The translations under genes were made by a program, and so were the position numbers. Below are positions 51,180-63,510 of a stretch of DNA of 64,000 nucleotides, piece after piece; the first letter of the stretch is position 1; every line of letters starts with the position of its first letter. The notes beneath the pieces are model-generated. The model was not told the DNA's origin and ran no database searches. It saw nothing but the letters and a program-made list of their open reading frames with translations. The stretch comes from Octopus bimaculoides (Eukaryota), in contig NC_068993.1 in assembly GCF_001194135.2 (NCBI RefSeq), positions 49,262,096 to 49,326,095 of the forward strand, given 5' to 3'.

Positions 51180-52079
51180 TCGTTGTCATCATCATCTTCA
51201 TCATACGTCTGTTTTTCCAAACTTACAAGGGTTAAACAGGTGACTTCCAGCAATATCTCATCACTTATTGGTTTTTGTTTACTCCTTCGTCAGGTCTAGC
51301 CTCTTGTGATCAGCTTTCATCACAGTTTTGTGTTTTGAGGGATTTTTCTTTTCTGCAGCTTCCTTCCACTTGGATCACTCGACGCTTCTTTATCTTGACT
51401 GTCATCTTCCATGCACATTGCATTTGTCTTCAACACTTCATCCTATACCTCTCAAACCAAGTCTTCTTTCTATTCATTTGTGCCCTCTTGTTATGCACAC
51501 TAACATTAAATATCTAGCGGAGCCCCATTTCTTTCCAGTCTTTGCATATCCTCTGCATTCGGTGCTCATGTTTCTCTACAATGCAGAATCGCACTTTATT
51601 CACAAGCACCTCGCAATCTGCTCTTCACCCTGAAAGAGAATGTCTTTGTTTCCAGCAGATGTGAAAGCTTTCGAACTTTCTTCGCTCAGTTCTTAAACTA
51701 AATAAAGTGCTTTCGAAATAACCTCATTCGATTGCTAATTAGATCATGTCGATAACGGAAGCTATCCTCTAGTTCTGAGGAGCTTTCTGAACATATGCAA
51801 GAATTACTTCCTGTTCATCTCGATACGAAGTCCTTCTCTGTGAGCCTGTTTGTGATTCCACTTAATCTCTTATGTTTTCATTTGGCACGCCGTAAGGCAT
51901 TTCCACTTACTCCTTTTTTGTGTATTGATCACTTCTAAAATGGCAGTAGGGTTCTATCTTCTTTCCGCTAATACTTTCGTCTTTAGATGGCTTATTTTAA
52001 GACCTCACTCTGTTAGGTTTTGTTTCAGGATTTGGAATTAATTTCTTCTCTAAATTTTGACAGACTCAGCAAGGAGAAC
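51180..52079 (-). mobile_element. RTE-clade LINE 3' half (from the residue after YADDL to the 3' tail)
   Basis: The minus strand starts VLLAESV at 52079, continues through the Cys-rich and C-terminal motifs (EDMQRLERN), and ends in a (GAT/GAC)n tail near 51180. Confidence 0.8.
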
Positions 52080-52104
52080 TTTTGTATGCTGATAGCATAC
52101 AAAA

Positions 52105-53361
52105 TTTTCTACAGACGGCTTGTTTTAAACTCCTATGTTATGATCCAAAGAACTTCGTGATTAATTACATTCGACAGACCTTAGAACATCAGATAGACTG
52201 GAAAAAGAAGGCATGGAACTTGAAAGAATCTATGGCGAGGTATAGGTTCAAAGTATTAGGTGATGCCTATGTTGAGGAGGAGAGTAAAAAATTAATTTAT
52301 AACATAGAAGTTTCTACAAAACAGCTTAAAATGAACCACAAGCTCGATCTGTGAATGGAGCAAGGTTCTAGCCAAGAGGAAAGTTACACTGCTGTATAAT
52401 TATAGATCACCATAAAAACTAAGAGACGGGCCTGGAAAGAATAGAAGGAAAAGGGAAGGGACAATACCAGACAAGGAGAAGAGAAGCTTACTCGTCAGAT
52501 ACACTTAGCAAGGGGGGGGGAACAGAAAATAAGAGTTTTTACCAGTGTCTGCAATGTATCACAGGCGTGAGTTGTTCTGGATGCCGTTGGTTAATAGCAT
52601 GTGCATAATGATGGTGCACTTGCTTTTAACGACGCTAAGAAAGGGGCATGAAAATGTTAACAAAAGTGGGGGAGAGGTTGACTACCTCAAGTACATGGTG
52701 TGCATAGACGTTAAAGATAGAAAGCCAGAGAAAGAAGCCGGACCATCTGGGTTGTCACTGAGATGCTGAAAACATCCTGCGAAAGGTGACATGCTAATTA
52801 CTTATATAGTCAAATGTGTAGTACAGGAATGAGTAATTTCTAATGATTTATTTGGCGTTGAATGAACTGCTAGAAAGTTGAAAGGTATGCTCTTTAAAGA
52901 AACAACTACGGATACATCTAACAGGTAGACCAAGTAATAGACAACGATAAAACGTTTGATTTGGACCAAAATTAGCCTTGATGAGACGCAGCCCGGATTT
53001 GTATCAGAAGAGGCTACCATAGATCTTCTCTTTCTCGTAGGACAACCACAGAGGTTTTCGCAAAGAGCAAGCCACTATGCCTAGAATTCGTTAAACTGGT
53101 GAATGCCTTTGACAGAATAGTACCACGTTCTGTAGTGTGGTGGTTGCTAAGGAAACTAGCTTGTAGATGAATGGATTGTAAGAGCTTCGCAAGCCATACA
53201 TAGAGATGTCAGTAAGGTGAGTATTAGCTACAAGTTCAGCGTTTAGTTTAGACGTACATCGAAGCTCTGATCTCAATCTGCTCTTGTGTATATTAGTGTT
53301 CACCGTAACACCGGAGTATAAGAGCAGTTGTCACTGTAAATATCTATATGCCAATGATCTA
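52105..53361 (+). mobile_element. RTE-clade LINE 5' part, inverted relative to its 3' half (end of endonuclease through RT YANDL)
   Basis: Decayed but collinear motifs WKKKAWNLKE, KTKRRAWKE, AGPSG..EMLKTS, LDETQPGFV, VNAFDR and DEWIVRASQA, ending tat gcc aat gat cta (YANDL) at 53347-53361. Confidence 0.8.
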
Positions 53362-53363
53362 TG

Positions 53364-53396
<33 letters not shown>

Positions 53397-53430
53397 CTCT
53401 CTCTCTCTCTCTCTCTCNNNNNNNNNNNNN

Positions 53431-53471
<41 letters not shown>

Positions 53472-53747
53472 CTTTGAATATATCATGGATTCTATAATGC
53501 GCTTGGATATACTTTCAGTCATTATCTACCAGCATAATTTTTAACTATGTTAAAATGAAGGGTAATGAAACTGATATTTATAATGATGATGATGATGATG
53601 ACGACGACGACGTTTCAAGTGTATCTTGTTAAAATTTTGAAATATGCACATGGCTGTTGCATTCCTAACATGAATGCACTCTTTGTCAGAACATCTTCAG
53701 CATACAGTGTCAGATATACACGTTGCTAAACTACCTTTCATTTTCTG

Positions 53748-53809
<62 letters not shown>

Positions 53810-54109
53810 CACCTACAGACCTATCGCATGTTTCAGCGTATGCGTATGTGTGTATGCCTGTGTATATGCTGTTTGTACGTCTATGAATACATATAGATGT
53901 TCTGACAGGCCATGTGTATTTGTGCACACACATCGCCTGTCGGAATATCTTCGTTGCTTTGTATAACTTCAAGTATACATCTTTTCTTTATCACCTATCA
54001 AGTTTCACTAATATTATCATTCTTCCTCTATACACCTGCACATGCCACTACAATAGGCATTTATAGCTGCATGCTTTTTGTAAATGTGTGTATGTCTATC
54101 TACATACAT

Positions 54110-54152
<43 letters not shown>

Positions 54153-54459
54153 TAACAATTATACTCAAACGTGTTAAATTTTATACAATGATTATACATA
54201 CACAGATACACACATACATACACACACGCATATACGCCTTCATTCAAAGGTATGCACACATAGCGATAAATGCATTGTACGCATTTGTACTGCTTCATAG
54301 GAATACTGGTGATAATGATGCTGATGGTAATGCTGTTTGTTATTCTAAAATGAATGATATTAATAAATGACGATAAAATAATAATGATAATGAGAAAAAT
54401 CTCTTAGCTTCCACTCTAAGAGATCTAACAAGTTGACATTGTTCAGATTTTATTTTGTT

Positions 54460-54954
54460 TTGTTGTTGTTGTTGTTGTTGTTGTTTTTTTCTTCTGCTTT
54501 GCGCATCTCCTTAGAAACGAACGAAGATACGGCAACTTGTTGGAATACCCCCACCAAACCCATCTACTCATCACCATTATTACCACCACCACCACAATCA
54601 TCGGTGCTGGTGTTGCGTTACCAATATCGCCACCACCACCACCGCCACCACCGCCATTACTACTACTGCTACTACTACCTGTCTTTGCTTCTTTCTCTAT
54701 CTGCTGTTGTCTTTCGAATATCTCTACTTCCCAAAGGGCAACTTTTGATGACTCACTCTGGAATAGAATTTCCCTTAATCCCACCGACTCAAAATTGGGA
54801 GACTCTCCTGCTTCCTCCTGCTTCTTGTTTTTGTTCTTGTCTTGCCTTCTACTCTTTCTGTGTATTTTTTTTTTTTCTTTTTACTTGTCTTTTTTTTTCT
54901 TTTCCTTCTTACTTGTCTTTTTTTTTCTTTTCCTTCTTACCTTGTTGAAGGTGT

Positions 54955-54988
<34 letters not shown>

Positions 54989-55000
54989 ATAGCAACAGTT
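54460..55000. repeat. Cluster of trinucleotide repeats (GTT)n, (ACC/GCC)n, (TAC)n, (GCA)n and T-rich tracts
   Basis: Seen directly. Generates overlapping low-complexity ORFs on both strands. Confidence 0.85.
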
Positions 55001-55089
55001 CTTGTTTCTGTTCTCTTCTTGCAGTTGTTGCGCTTTAATCTTTGTTTTCTACCTTCTTCGCATGTACAAGCTTGTGTCTCCCTTAGCAT
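54941..55089 (-). other. Candidate minus-strand exon (ATG at 55089 to donor at 54941)
   Basis: Strong donor AAG|gtaaga. Open frame MLRETQACTCEEGRKQRLKRNNCKKRTETRTVAITTTAAAAAAAATPST. Low complexity, no homology recognised. Confidence 0.2.
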
Positions 55090-57359
55090 TCCATGTTATT
55101 AGCAACGAGAGGAACTTGTTATATCTTACTGCTGTTTTCTTCCCCCCCCTACCAATCACCTCTCTCTCTTTTTTTTTTTAATAATTGTGTGTGCATACAG
55201 ATATGTACGTGTACATATAAAGGTATATGTGCATTTGTACAGATGCATGCATGCAAGCAAGCACGTACATACATTGTACAAACACATACATGCACCATAC
55301 ACAATCTCAGATTTGTGTGTACAGATTTATGTATACATATATTTATACAGATGTATATGTATTTATATAATCAGATTTGTGTGTGTACGTACAGATGTGC
55401 GCGTGCGTTTAAAGACCCTTTAGGGTTCTATTTTTCTATACAGGTTACCTTATTATTTAGAATTAATGAGGGGGAAAGAAAAAAATATGTATGATGGTGG
55501 TGGTCGTGGTGGTCGTGATAACAGTAGCTGTTTCATCTCTGTAGTCTATGTATGAAGTAAATGCTATTAATTTTGCACCCCATTTTTTTTATTTTTGTGG
55601 TCCTTTTTACATTTTGCATTTTCATTTTTCAGTGGAAGATATTCTTTTATCTCACTTTTCCCCCTTCAACTTTTGATGCCTTTTTTTTAATAATTTTTAT
55701 TTAGTTTTCATTTTGTTTGTTACACACACACACACACACACACACTCGCTATATTTTCCTCTCCGTTTTTCTTGCATTCTCTTTCCTATGTTCTTTCTCA
55801 CTGACGTTCTATTTTGTACCGTCTCTGTAACTCTTTCTTTCGTTCCGTCTCTCTCGCTATTTCTTTCGTTTTGTCTCTGGAGTTCTAATTAGTTCCTTCT
55901 CACTCATTCTTGCGTCCTGTATCGCTAGTTCGCGCTTTTGTTCTATTTCGCCAATCTGACTGGATCTTCCATTCTTCGTTTTCTTTCACTTATCAGCTCC
56001 TCCTTCCTCATTTTATTCTTCCATTCTATTTCTTTTCAGTAAAATACCACAATATATATATCGTATTTCCATATTTAAGGGGTATCATATATTCGTATGG
56101 GTACCTGTAATCTTATTTGTTTCACCTGCCGAATGCTAATCACAGTATAGAATTTGTGGAGAAAATTTCAACGAAGCTGAAGTTTTCTTTACAAATTTTG
56201 TATTACGTTGATGATTGCTCTTCAAATTCAAATACGTCAACCTAATGCTTGTTTCACTGTCCATCACCCGAGGGATTAAAAAAAAAGCCCAAAGAACTTT
56301 GATTTAACTTTATGCATCAGGTTCGTCAGTTTAACAGTTCACACTTTAGATAACCACTTTTCCTCAACCATCAGTTAATATTTCATCTTTCTAAGGAACC
56401 ACAGATTTTTACTTTAAAGAGAAAGTGCTTTGGGGAAAAACTTTGAAAAATTTAATTTCCTTACGAACTGAAAAAAAAAAAAAAAAAAAGAAATTACGCT
56501 TCTAATAATACACATTACGATTATTATTACGATTATTATTACGATTATTATCGAAAAGCAACTTTTATCAGATGTGTCTTTATTACTTATATTTCAGAAT
56601 TATTTGATTTCAACAAAATACTTCAAATTTTATTTATTTAAATATTAAAAAAAAAAAAAAGGTTTAGTTCCCAGTATTTTACTCTTTAAGGATCTAATTG
56701 CTTTGACTTTGGAAAAGGAAGCTGACATTTTCAATTCTGAGGAAATATTTTTAGAACCAGTTGTAAATATCAGCATCTACAAAGCCTCGATAAGTAGTTG
56801 CTAACAAAACATAGACTGTTGATTGTAGTTTAAAGAAATAGGGGTTTAAACCAGTATTTCTACCTAGAAATCAATACTTCCTTGTATTTCTGCATTCACT
56901 GGTATTTCACTATTTATCTAAAATAGATAAAAGCTCTTGATTTTATTCGATAACATTTTTTATATATATTTTCTTTCCTTCTTTTAGCCTTTTTTTTTCA
57001 GAAGAATCAACCAATTATTGTCTTGAATTGGTTTCCTAAAACATTTGAAACCCAGGTCAAACTCGTTTAACCCAAAGAGTATAGACTTGTAAAAATGATT
57101 TCTTTTGATTACCCGTAAGTTCAGTTTTGTTGGATTCGTATGCGCAGTTGATTGAATCAACCTTAGCATATTACTGGTAATTATTATATTGATTTCTGCT
57201 GCTACCTGAAGGATAAAAGGCAAAGTTTATTCTGAACTGAATTTGAATACAAAACTCAAAGATATCGTAAAACATCTTCGTTTGATACTGGACTATTTTA
57301 ACTAATCGCTTTCTAAAAAATGAGGATTACTAACTTTCGCATAAGATCACAAATTCTAA

Positions 57360-57510
57360 TGACAGGTAAAAGATCAACCAAAGCAAATTCGGAACGTGAA
57401 AGGATGTGACTGTATACTACAAGGAAATTAACTCGGTGTTCAGGCGACAAACCGCCAGAATTGTTAAGCATGCCGGGCAAAATGTTTAGCGACATTTTTT
57501 CCGGCTATAG
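57360..57510. mobile_element. SINE family B head fragments (one on -, one on +)
   Basis: aaaagatcaaccaaagcaaattcggaacgtgaaagg (reverse complement of the B-box region) and ccgccagaattgttaagcatgccgggcaaaatgtttagcgac (head). Confidence 0.5.
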
Positions 57511-58892
57511 ATCGAGGTTGTAATTGGTTTAAGTATATTACAGAATGAAAGAAATGCTATATATATTTACCACTTAATAATCTCACTTTCAAACTACAGC
57601 TGAGTTTCTTCTATTATTTTGTGTATATTAAAAAAAAACATCTTTCTAATAATTGAATAGTTTTGCAGATTCTGATTATTCAACAAAATAAGTTTTACAA
57701 TTAGATATTCTTATGTTACACAAAAGCCACTCTTGCCTCGTTTTCTTTATTCAGTTGAAAGAATGAAATACTCGTGTCTTAACAAATAGGAAGGATAACT
57801 TAAAATGTGACAGATATTAAATAAATTGAGTGGTTACAACTAGAAATCAAGAACGATATGCCAACCTTACAATAATTAATTGGCTTTTACTGTAATTTGC
57901 TCACTATCGCAAATTGATAAAGCAAAATGAAATGCCGAGAACGGCTAAAATGCGCGCACATTCATAACTGTGTTGGTAAACGGCATTATTTTCCTTATTC
58001 TTCAAGTTTTCGTGCGTTTGACCCTAGTCACCATAGCACTTATGGATCGACACGAACTGCACATTAGCGACAGCATGTATATGGAATCTAAACTTAAATA
58101 TGTTATCTTTTTATATTCATAAAAGAGTCCATCCATAGAACGTGGAGGTAGTTTTTATATAAATTTGACACTTGTCAAGTTTTAACACTTATAACGATTT
58201 TTCTTATAAAACATTTCATGTTTAATCGAAAACAAATCCGTGTATTACACTTTCACCCAACCCAGGGCAGATCGCGTCACATTCAACGGCTGACAACTCG
58301 TCGGGCTAATTTTCAGAGAATCTTCTAAGCGCTTTCTGGAATTTTGCTTTTGTGGGGCCTATCCTTTGAAAAAAATTCAGAATTTGACAGTGACAGTTAT
58401 CAGATTTCGGAATTTCTGATAAANNNNNNNNNNNNNNNNNNNNNNNNNNNNNNNNNNNNNNNNNNNNNNNNNNNNNNNNNNNNNNNNNNNNNNNNNNNNN
58501 NNNNNNNNNNNNNNNNNNNNNNNNNNNNNNNNNNNNNNNNNNNNNNNNNNNNNNNNNNNNNNNNNNNNNNNNNNNNNNNNNNNNNNNNNNNNNNNNNNNN
58601 NNNNNNNNNNNNNNNNNNNNNNNNNNNNNNNNNNNNNNNNNNNNNNNNNNNNNNNNNNNNNNNNNNNNNNNNNNNNNNNNNNNNNNNNNNNNNNNNNNNN
58701 NNNNNNNNNNNNNNNNNNNNNNNNNNNNNNNNNNNNNNNNNNNNNNNNNNNNNNNNNNNNNNNNNNNNNNNNNNNNNNNNNNNNNNNNNNNNNNNNNNNN
58801 NNNNNNNNNNNNNNNNNNNNNNNNNNNNNNNNNNNNNNNNNNNNNNNNNNNNNNNNNNNNNNNNNNNNGAAATTGGGCCTTCTGTATAAGTT

Positions 58893-59116
58893 TTAATTCT
58901 TTAGCATTTAAATAGGCTATATCCGGCCCAGATGTTCTACTTGTTTTATGTTCGAACCGATCAGATCTGACTTCTCACAGCTAACCTTCGACATCCTTCT
59001 AAAAATATACAATCACATCTTCAAAATCTCAAAGCTATGAGTTAATGCATAATTCATTAGAAACAATGTTAATAATTAAGTATTCCATTTGACAGAGTAA
59101 CCTGAATGCTAAAATG
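58893..59116. mobile_element. About 220-bp piggyBac-like MITE, decayed
   Basis: ttaa then ttctttagcattta at the left end, tgaatgctaaaa at the right end (imperfect TIR). The left TTAA fits the piggyBac TSD; the right TTAA is not preserved. Confidence 0.5.
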
Positions 59117-59193
59117 CTATTCACTGCTAAAATTTGGATGCGTCTAATATGCCTGTACGTCTAATATATCTGTCTTTTATGCCATCAAATATA

Positions 59194-59228
<35 letters not shown>

Positions 59229-59232
<4 letters not shown>

Positions 59233-59415
59233 GCTGTTTAGACCTAGATCAACCCTAAGATTGAATAAGCATGTATATATTGTTTAAAGCGTTCGAATTT
59301 TGGCCGTTACCTTTTTTCCCCAGATACAGCTATTTTAAGACTAAAACATCCATTGTGTGTTTTTTAAAGGTGGAGGTATGTGGTTTTAGTGAGATCTGGC
59401 TTCTATTTCTAGCTA
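59229..59415 (-). mobile_element. Short interspersed repeat family D
   Basis: gttgctgtttagacctagatcaaccc...gagatctggcttctatttctagc is the reverse complement of family D. Confidence 0.65.
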
Positions 59416-60115
59416 TTTTGCAATCGCATAAAGGTTTTCTATTTTACACGTTTATCGATGAACGTCAATAAAAAGGAAAAGAAAAGTGATTTCAATTGAG
59501 ATCCATGCAGTTGTTTATCAAGGATCAGTGATTAATTTGCATATCTGAATAAATAAATATTGATTAATAAGTGTCTTTCAACAATATTCTACTGACAGGA
59601 AACGTAATTGTTGGGGAAAGACAATTGTTGCTGTCAACGTGTATCGAACTGACACGATATTTATCTGTTTCAAATCTCTTGATAGCCTTTTGATTACATA
59701 TATATAGTTCTTTGAGAAATAACATTTGTTGCATAAGCAGTTTAACAGTTTGAACCAACTGGAATTATCTTTTCATTCTCATAGCCATAACTGATCTCAT
59801 GATAAATAGCTAACGAGAGAGAGAGAGAGAGAGAGAGAGATACGTATATGCATATGTGTGTGTGTATGTGTGTGTAAACAAAACTGAAAGTAGGTTAAAC
59901 AAATAAATTGTGTTTAATAACGCCATCTTACATGTGTCTCACCGAAGATAATAGACAAACCATGTATCATTGTGTGTGTGTGTGTGTAAAAGGGAGAGAG
60001 AAAAGTACTCAATACAAAACGAATTATATTTGTCTGCTCTCTTCAGTCGTTACTTTAATTTTCATGAATAAAATTCGACCACTCGATCTAATATAAAACA
60101 TGCTTAATATCCTAG

Positions 60116-60445
60116 GTGGAAGCGCAATGGCCCAGTGGTTAGGACAGCGGACTCGCGGTTTCGATTCCCAGACCGGGCGTTGTTAGTGTTTATTGAGCGA
60201 AAACACCTAAAGCTCCACGAGGCTCCGGCAGGGGATGGTGGCGAACCCTGCTGTACTCTTTCACCACAACTTTCTCTCACTTTTACTTCCTGTTTCTGTT
60301 GTGCCTGTAATTCAAGAGAACTACGTTAAGGGTACACATGTCTGTGGAGTGCTCAGCCACTTTCACGTTAATTTCACGAGCAGGCTGTTCCGTTGATAGG
60401 ATCAACTGGAACCTTCGACGTCGTAAGCGACGGAGTGCCAATAAT
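60116..60445 (+). mobile_element. tRNA-derived SINE family C with two internal deletions
   Basis: A box tggcccagtggttagg, B box ggtttcgattccc. Near-identical to 19731-20112 except for the deletions. Confidence 0.9.
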
Positions 60446-60920
60446 ACAATACATCCTAGACCGGAGATAATTTTTTTGTTGCCTCATGTGTCGTTGATTG
60501 GCTCAACCAGGTTGCAATTCAAAATTCACGTGTACAGGAATATATTTGAAGGTCTGAATTTTGTAGTTTTTTTTTAAATGGAAGTATAACTAAAAGTATT
60601 TTTCTCTTTCGTTCCTGTAATGCAGCTAGTTAGCTATTATTTAATTTGTATATTGTTAACGGTGGCTTGCAATTTTGTTATAAGATCCATCTTTTCTGGT
60701 GTTGACTTTTTCTTATTTTATTCATTATGTGAAGCGGAGAAGTGCATATTAATTAGTACAAAGACGATCCTTACACTAATTGTGGATATATTTAAACTGT
60801 ACACCATCTTGAACAAAGGTATTTTTGCATTATAGGTCAATATATCAAACTAACTGATCGAATATTCGTGAAACTTCAAGTAACGTCAGAAAGTTTCAAT
60901 CGGAAACACACACACACACA

Positions 60921-60960
<40 letters not shown>

Positions 60961-61769
60961 AACATTGTTGCTCAATACTATTGCTCAGTGATTTTAGAAA
61001 TATAAGCACAATCAGATGGATAATAAAATAAAATGTAGAAAATATAAGATATTCAACTTGAGTGAGAAAGTTTTGCCAGAAGCAAGTTGTCATGTATTTT
61101 GCATCTTTAGTTTTCGGTTATATATTTGTGTTTTGTTGAAAGGCAGGTCTACACACGTCTGTATGTGCCTATACATACATACCTATATATTGACACACGC
61201 ACACATATATGCATATATATATATAGATATATGTATATATCTATATGAATATATAAATGTCTATATATATACATGCATATACAAATGTATGTATATATAT
61301 GTAAATACATACATCTTTATATGTATGTGTGTGTATATGTATATATACACACACACACGCACCTTGAGAGTTTTCAATGCTGTTCTTTTCCTCTTCATAC
61401 TATAGGTTTCCTTGATTTTTTTTTATCCTGTATAGCTTACCACATAATCTCACTCTACACATTTATTTGTTTTCGTGTTTTTTTTTCCCCCTTTGCCTTC
61501 GCAATAGACATCTGTGGTTAGGACTTCTTGATGTTTCTTTCGTATTATTGCCAAGGGTAATGAAGCTAGAGAAGTTATGTAAACACTGATCACTCCCCCC
61601 CCATACTCACTCACATACACACATCAATCTTAAAACCCTACCTCCGTTTCTTTATTATTATTATTATTATTATTATTATTGAATTCATTTTTCGGTGTTT
61701 TGCTTGTTGCCAGGACAGTTTTCAAATGAAGTGTAAACAAATAGAAAGAAAATAATAATAATAATAATA

Positions 61770-62643
61770 NNNNNNNNNNNNNNNNNNNNNNNNNNNNNNN
61801 NNNNNNNNNNNNNNNNNNNNNNNNNNNNNNNNNNNNNNNNNNNNNNNNNNNNNNNNNNNNNNNNNNNNNNNNNNNNNNNNNNNNNNNNNNNNNNNNNNNN
61901 NNNNNNNNNNNNNNNNNNNNNNNNNNNNNNNNNNNNNNNNNNNNNNNNNNNNNNNNNNNNNNNNNNNNNNNNNNNNNNNNNNNNNNNNNNNNNNNNNNNN
62001 NNNNNNNNNNNNNNNNNNNNNNNNNNNNNNNNNNNNNNNNNNNNNNNNNNNNNNNNNNNNNNNNNNNNNNNNNNNNNNNNNNNNNNNNNNNNNNNNNNNN
62101 NNNNNNNNNNNNNNNNNNNNNNNNNNNNNNNNNNNNNNNNNNNNNNNNNNNNNNNNNNNNNNNNNNNNNNNNNNNNNNNNNNNNNNNNNNNNNNNNNNNN
62201 NNNNNNNNNNNNNNNNNNNNNNNNNNNNNNNNNNNNNNNNNNNNNNNNNNNNNNNNNNNNNNNNNNNNNNNNNNNNNNNNNNNNNNNNNNNNNNNNNNNN
62301 NNNNNNNNNNNNNNNNNNNNNNNNNNNNNNNNNNNNNNNNNNNNNNNNNNNNNNNNNNNNNNNNNNNNNNNNNNNNNNNNNNNNNNNNNNNNNNNNNNNN
62401 NNNNNNNNNNNNNNNNNNNNNNNNNNNNNNNNNNNNNNNNNNNNNNNNNNNNNNNNNNNNNNNNNNNNNNNNNNNNNNNNNNNNNNNNNNNNNNNNNNNN
62501 NNNNNNNNNNNNNNNNNNNNNNNNNNNNNNNNNNNNNNNNNNNNNNNNNNNNNNNNNNNNNNNNNNNNNNNNNNNNNNNNNNNNNNNNNNNNNNNNNNNN
62601 NNNNNNNNNNNNNNNNNNNNNNNNNNNNNNNNNNNNNNNNNNN
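61770..62643. other. Assembly gap (largest of nine: 2230-2356, 17934-18239, 19117-19698, 22918-22931, 27111-27120, 47100-47109, 53418-53430, 58424-58868, 61770-62643)
   Basis: N runs, mostly flanked by microsatellites or SINEs, consistent with a short-read scaffold. Confidence 0.98.
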
Positions 62644-62885
62644 GGGATGGTGGCAAACCCTGCTGTACTCTTTCACCACAACTTTCTCTCACTCTTTCTT
62701 CCTGTTTCTGTTGTACCTGTAATTCAAAGGGTCAGCCTTGTCACACTGAATATCTTCGAGAACTACGTTTAGGGTACACGTGTCTGTGGAGTGCTCAGCC
62801 ACTTGCACGTTAATTTCACGACCAGGCTGTTCCGTTGATCGGATCAACTGGAAACTCGACGTCGTAAGCGACGGAGTGTATCAAC
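62644..62885 (+). mobile_element. SINE family C, 3' part (5' end lies in the gap)
   Basis: gggatggtggcaaaccctgctgtactc...cgacgtcgtaagcgacggagtg. Confidence 0.9.
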
Positions 62886-63127
62886 ACTGTAGTAGTGAAA
62901 TCTTGAGATAGCCGTCTCGCAACGTGTAAATGTTGCAAATGTCAAAATAAGTAGCAGCTTTAAAAAATGTCTAAAGACAGACCTTGCTGCTACCCCAGGT
63001 AATGAGGTAGACCCCCCAGTTCTACCGTTAGTCCCTTGGTGAAGAAGGAAATCCTAACACAAAAAATCCACTTCCACATATTAATCCTGGAAGAAAACTA
63101 TTTTTTACCCGGAGCTTATACACTACG

Positions 63128-63510
63128 AATAATCCTTTCTACAATGGACATGATGTTTGAAATTTTGGGTGGGAGGAGTGTAATCGATTACATAAACCTC
63201 AGTGCGCAACTGGTACTTATTTCATCGGCCTTAATGCTTAAATGGTACTTATTTTACGGACCCTGACAGGATGAAAGGCAAAGTTGACCTCGACGGAATT
63301 TGAACTCAGAACGCAAAGACGAACGACATGCCGGTAAGCACTTCTACTATAGGCACAAAGCCGGAAATACATCGATCCCTGTAACTCAACTGGTACTTAT
63401 TTTATCGACCCCAAAAGGATGAAAGGCAAAGTCGACTTCGGCGGCGTTGAAACTCAGAACCTAAAGTGCCAAAAGAAATACTGTCAAACATTTTGTCACA
63501 TCGCTAATAT
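63128..63510 (-). mobile_element. Two tandem or nested SINE family B copies
   Basis: Two occurrences of ctggtacttatttt..cgacccc..aaggatgaaaggcaaagtcgac..cggcgg.atttgaactcagaac. Confidence 0.8.

Noticed and set aside
58397-58422. Short inverted repeat ttatcaga...tctgataa next to a gap
   Set aside because: An 8-bp stem in AT-rich DNA is expected by chance, and the gap prevents testing for an element end.
60116-60180. tRNA gene at the SINE heads (also about 20050-20112 and 24100-24170)
   Set aside because: A and B boxes are present, but there is no complete cloverleaf, and the sequence continues into a SINE body found in multiple copies.
62960-63130. Possible exon or LINE 5' UTR fragment (ORF 63036..63266)
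   Set aside because: The ORF runs into a SINE B copy, other frames contain stops, and any resemblance to a LINE 5' end is too vague to support.
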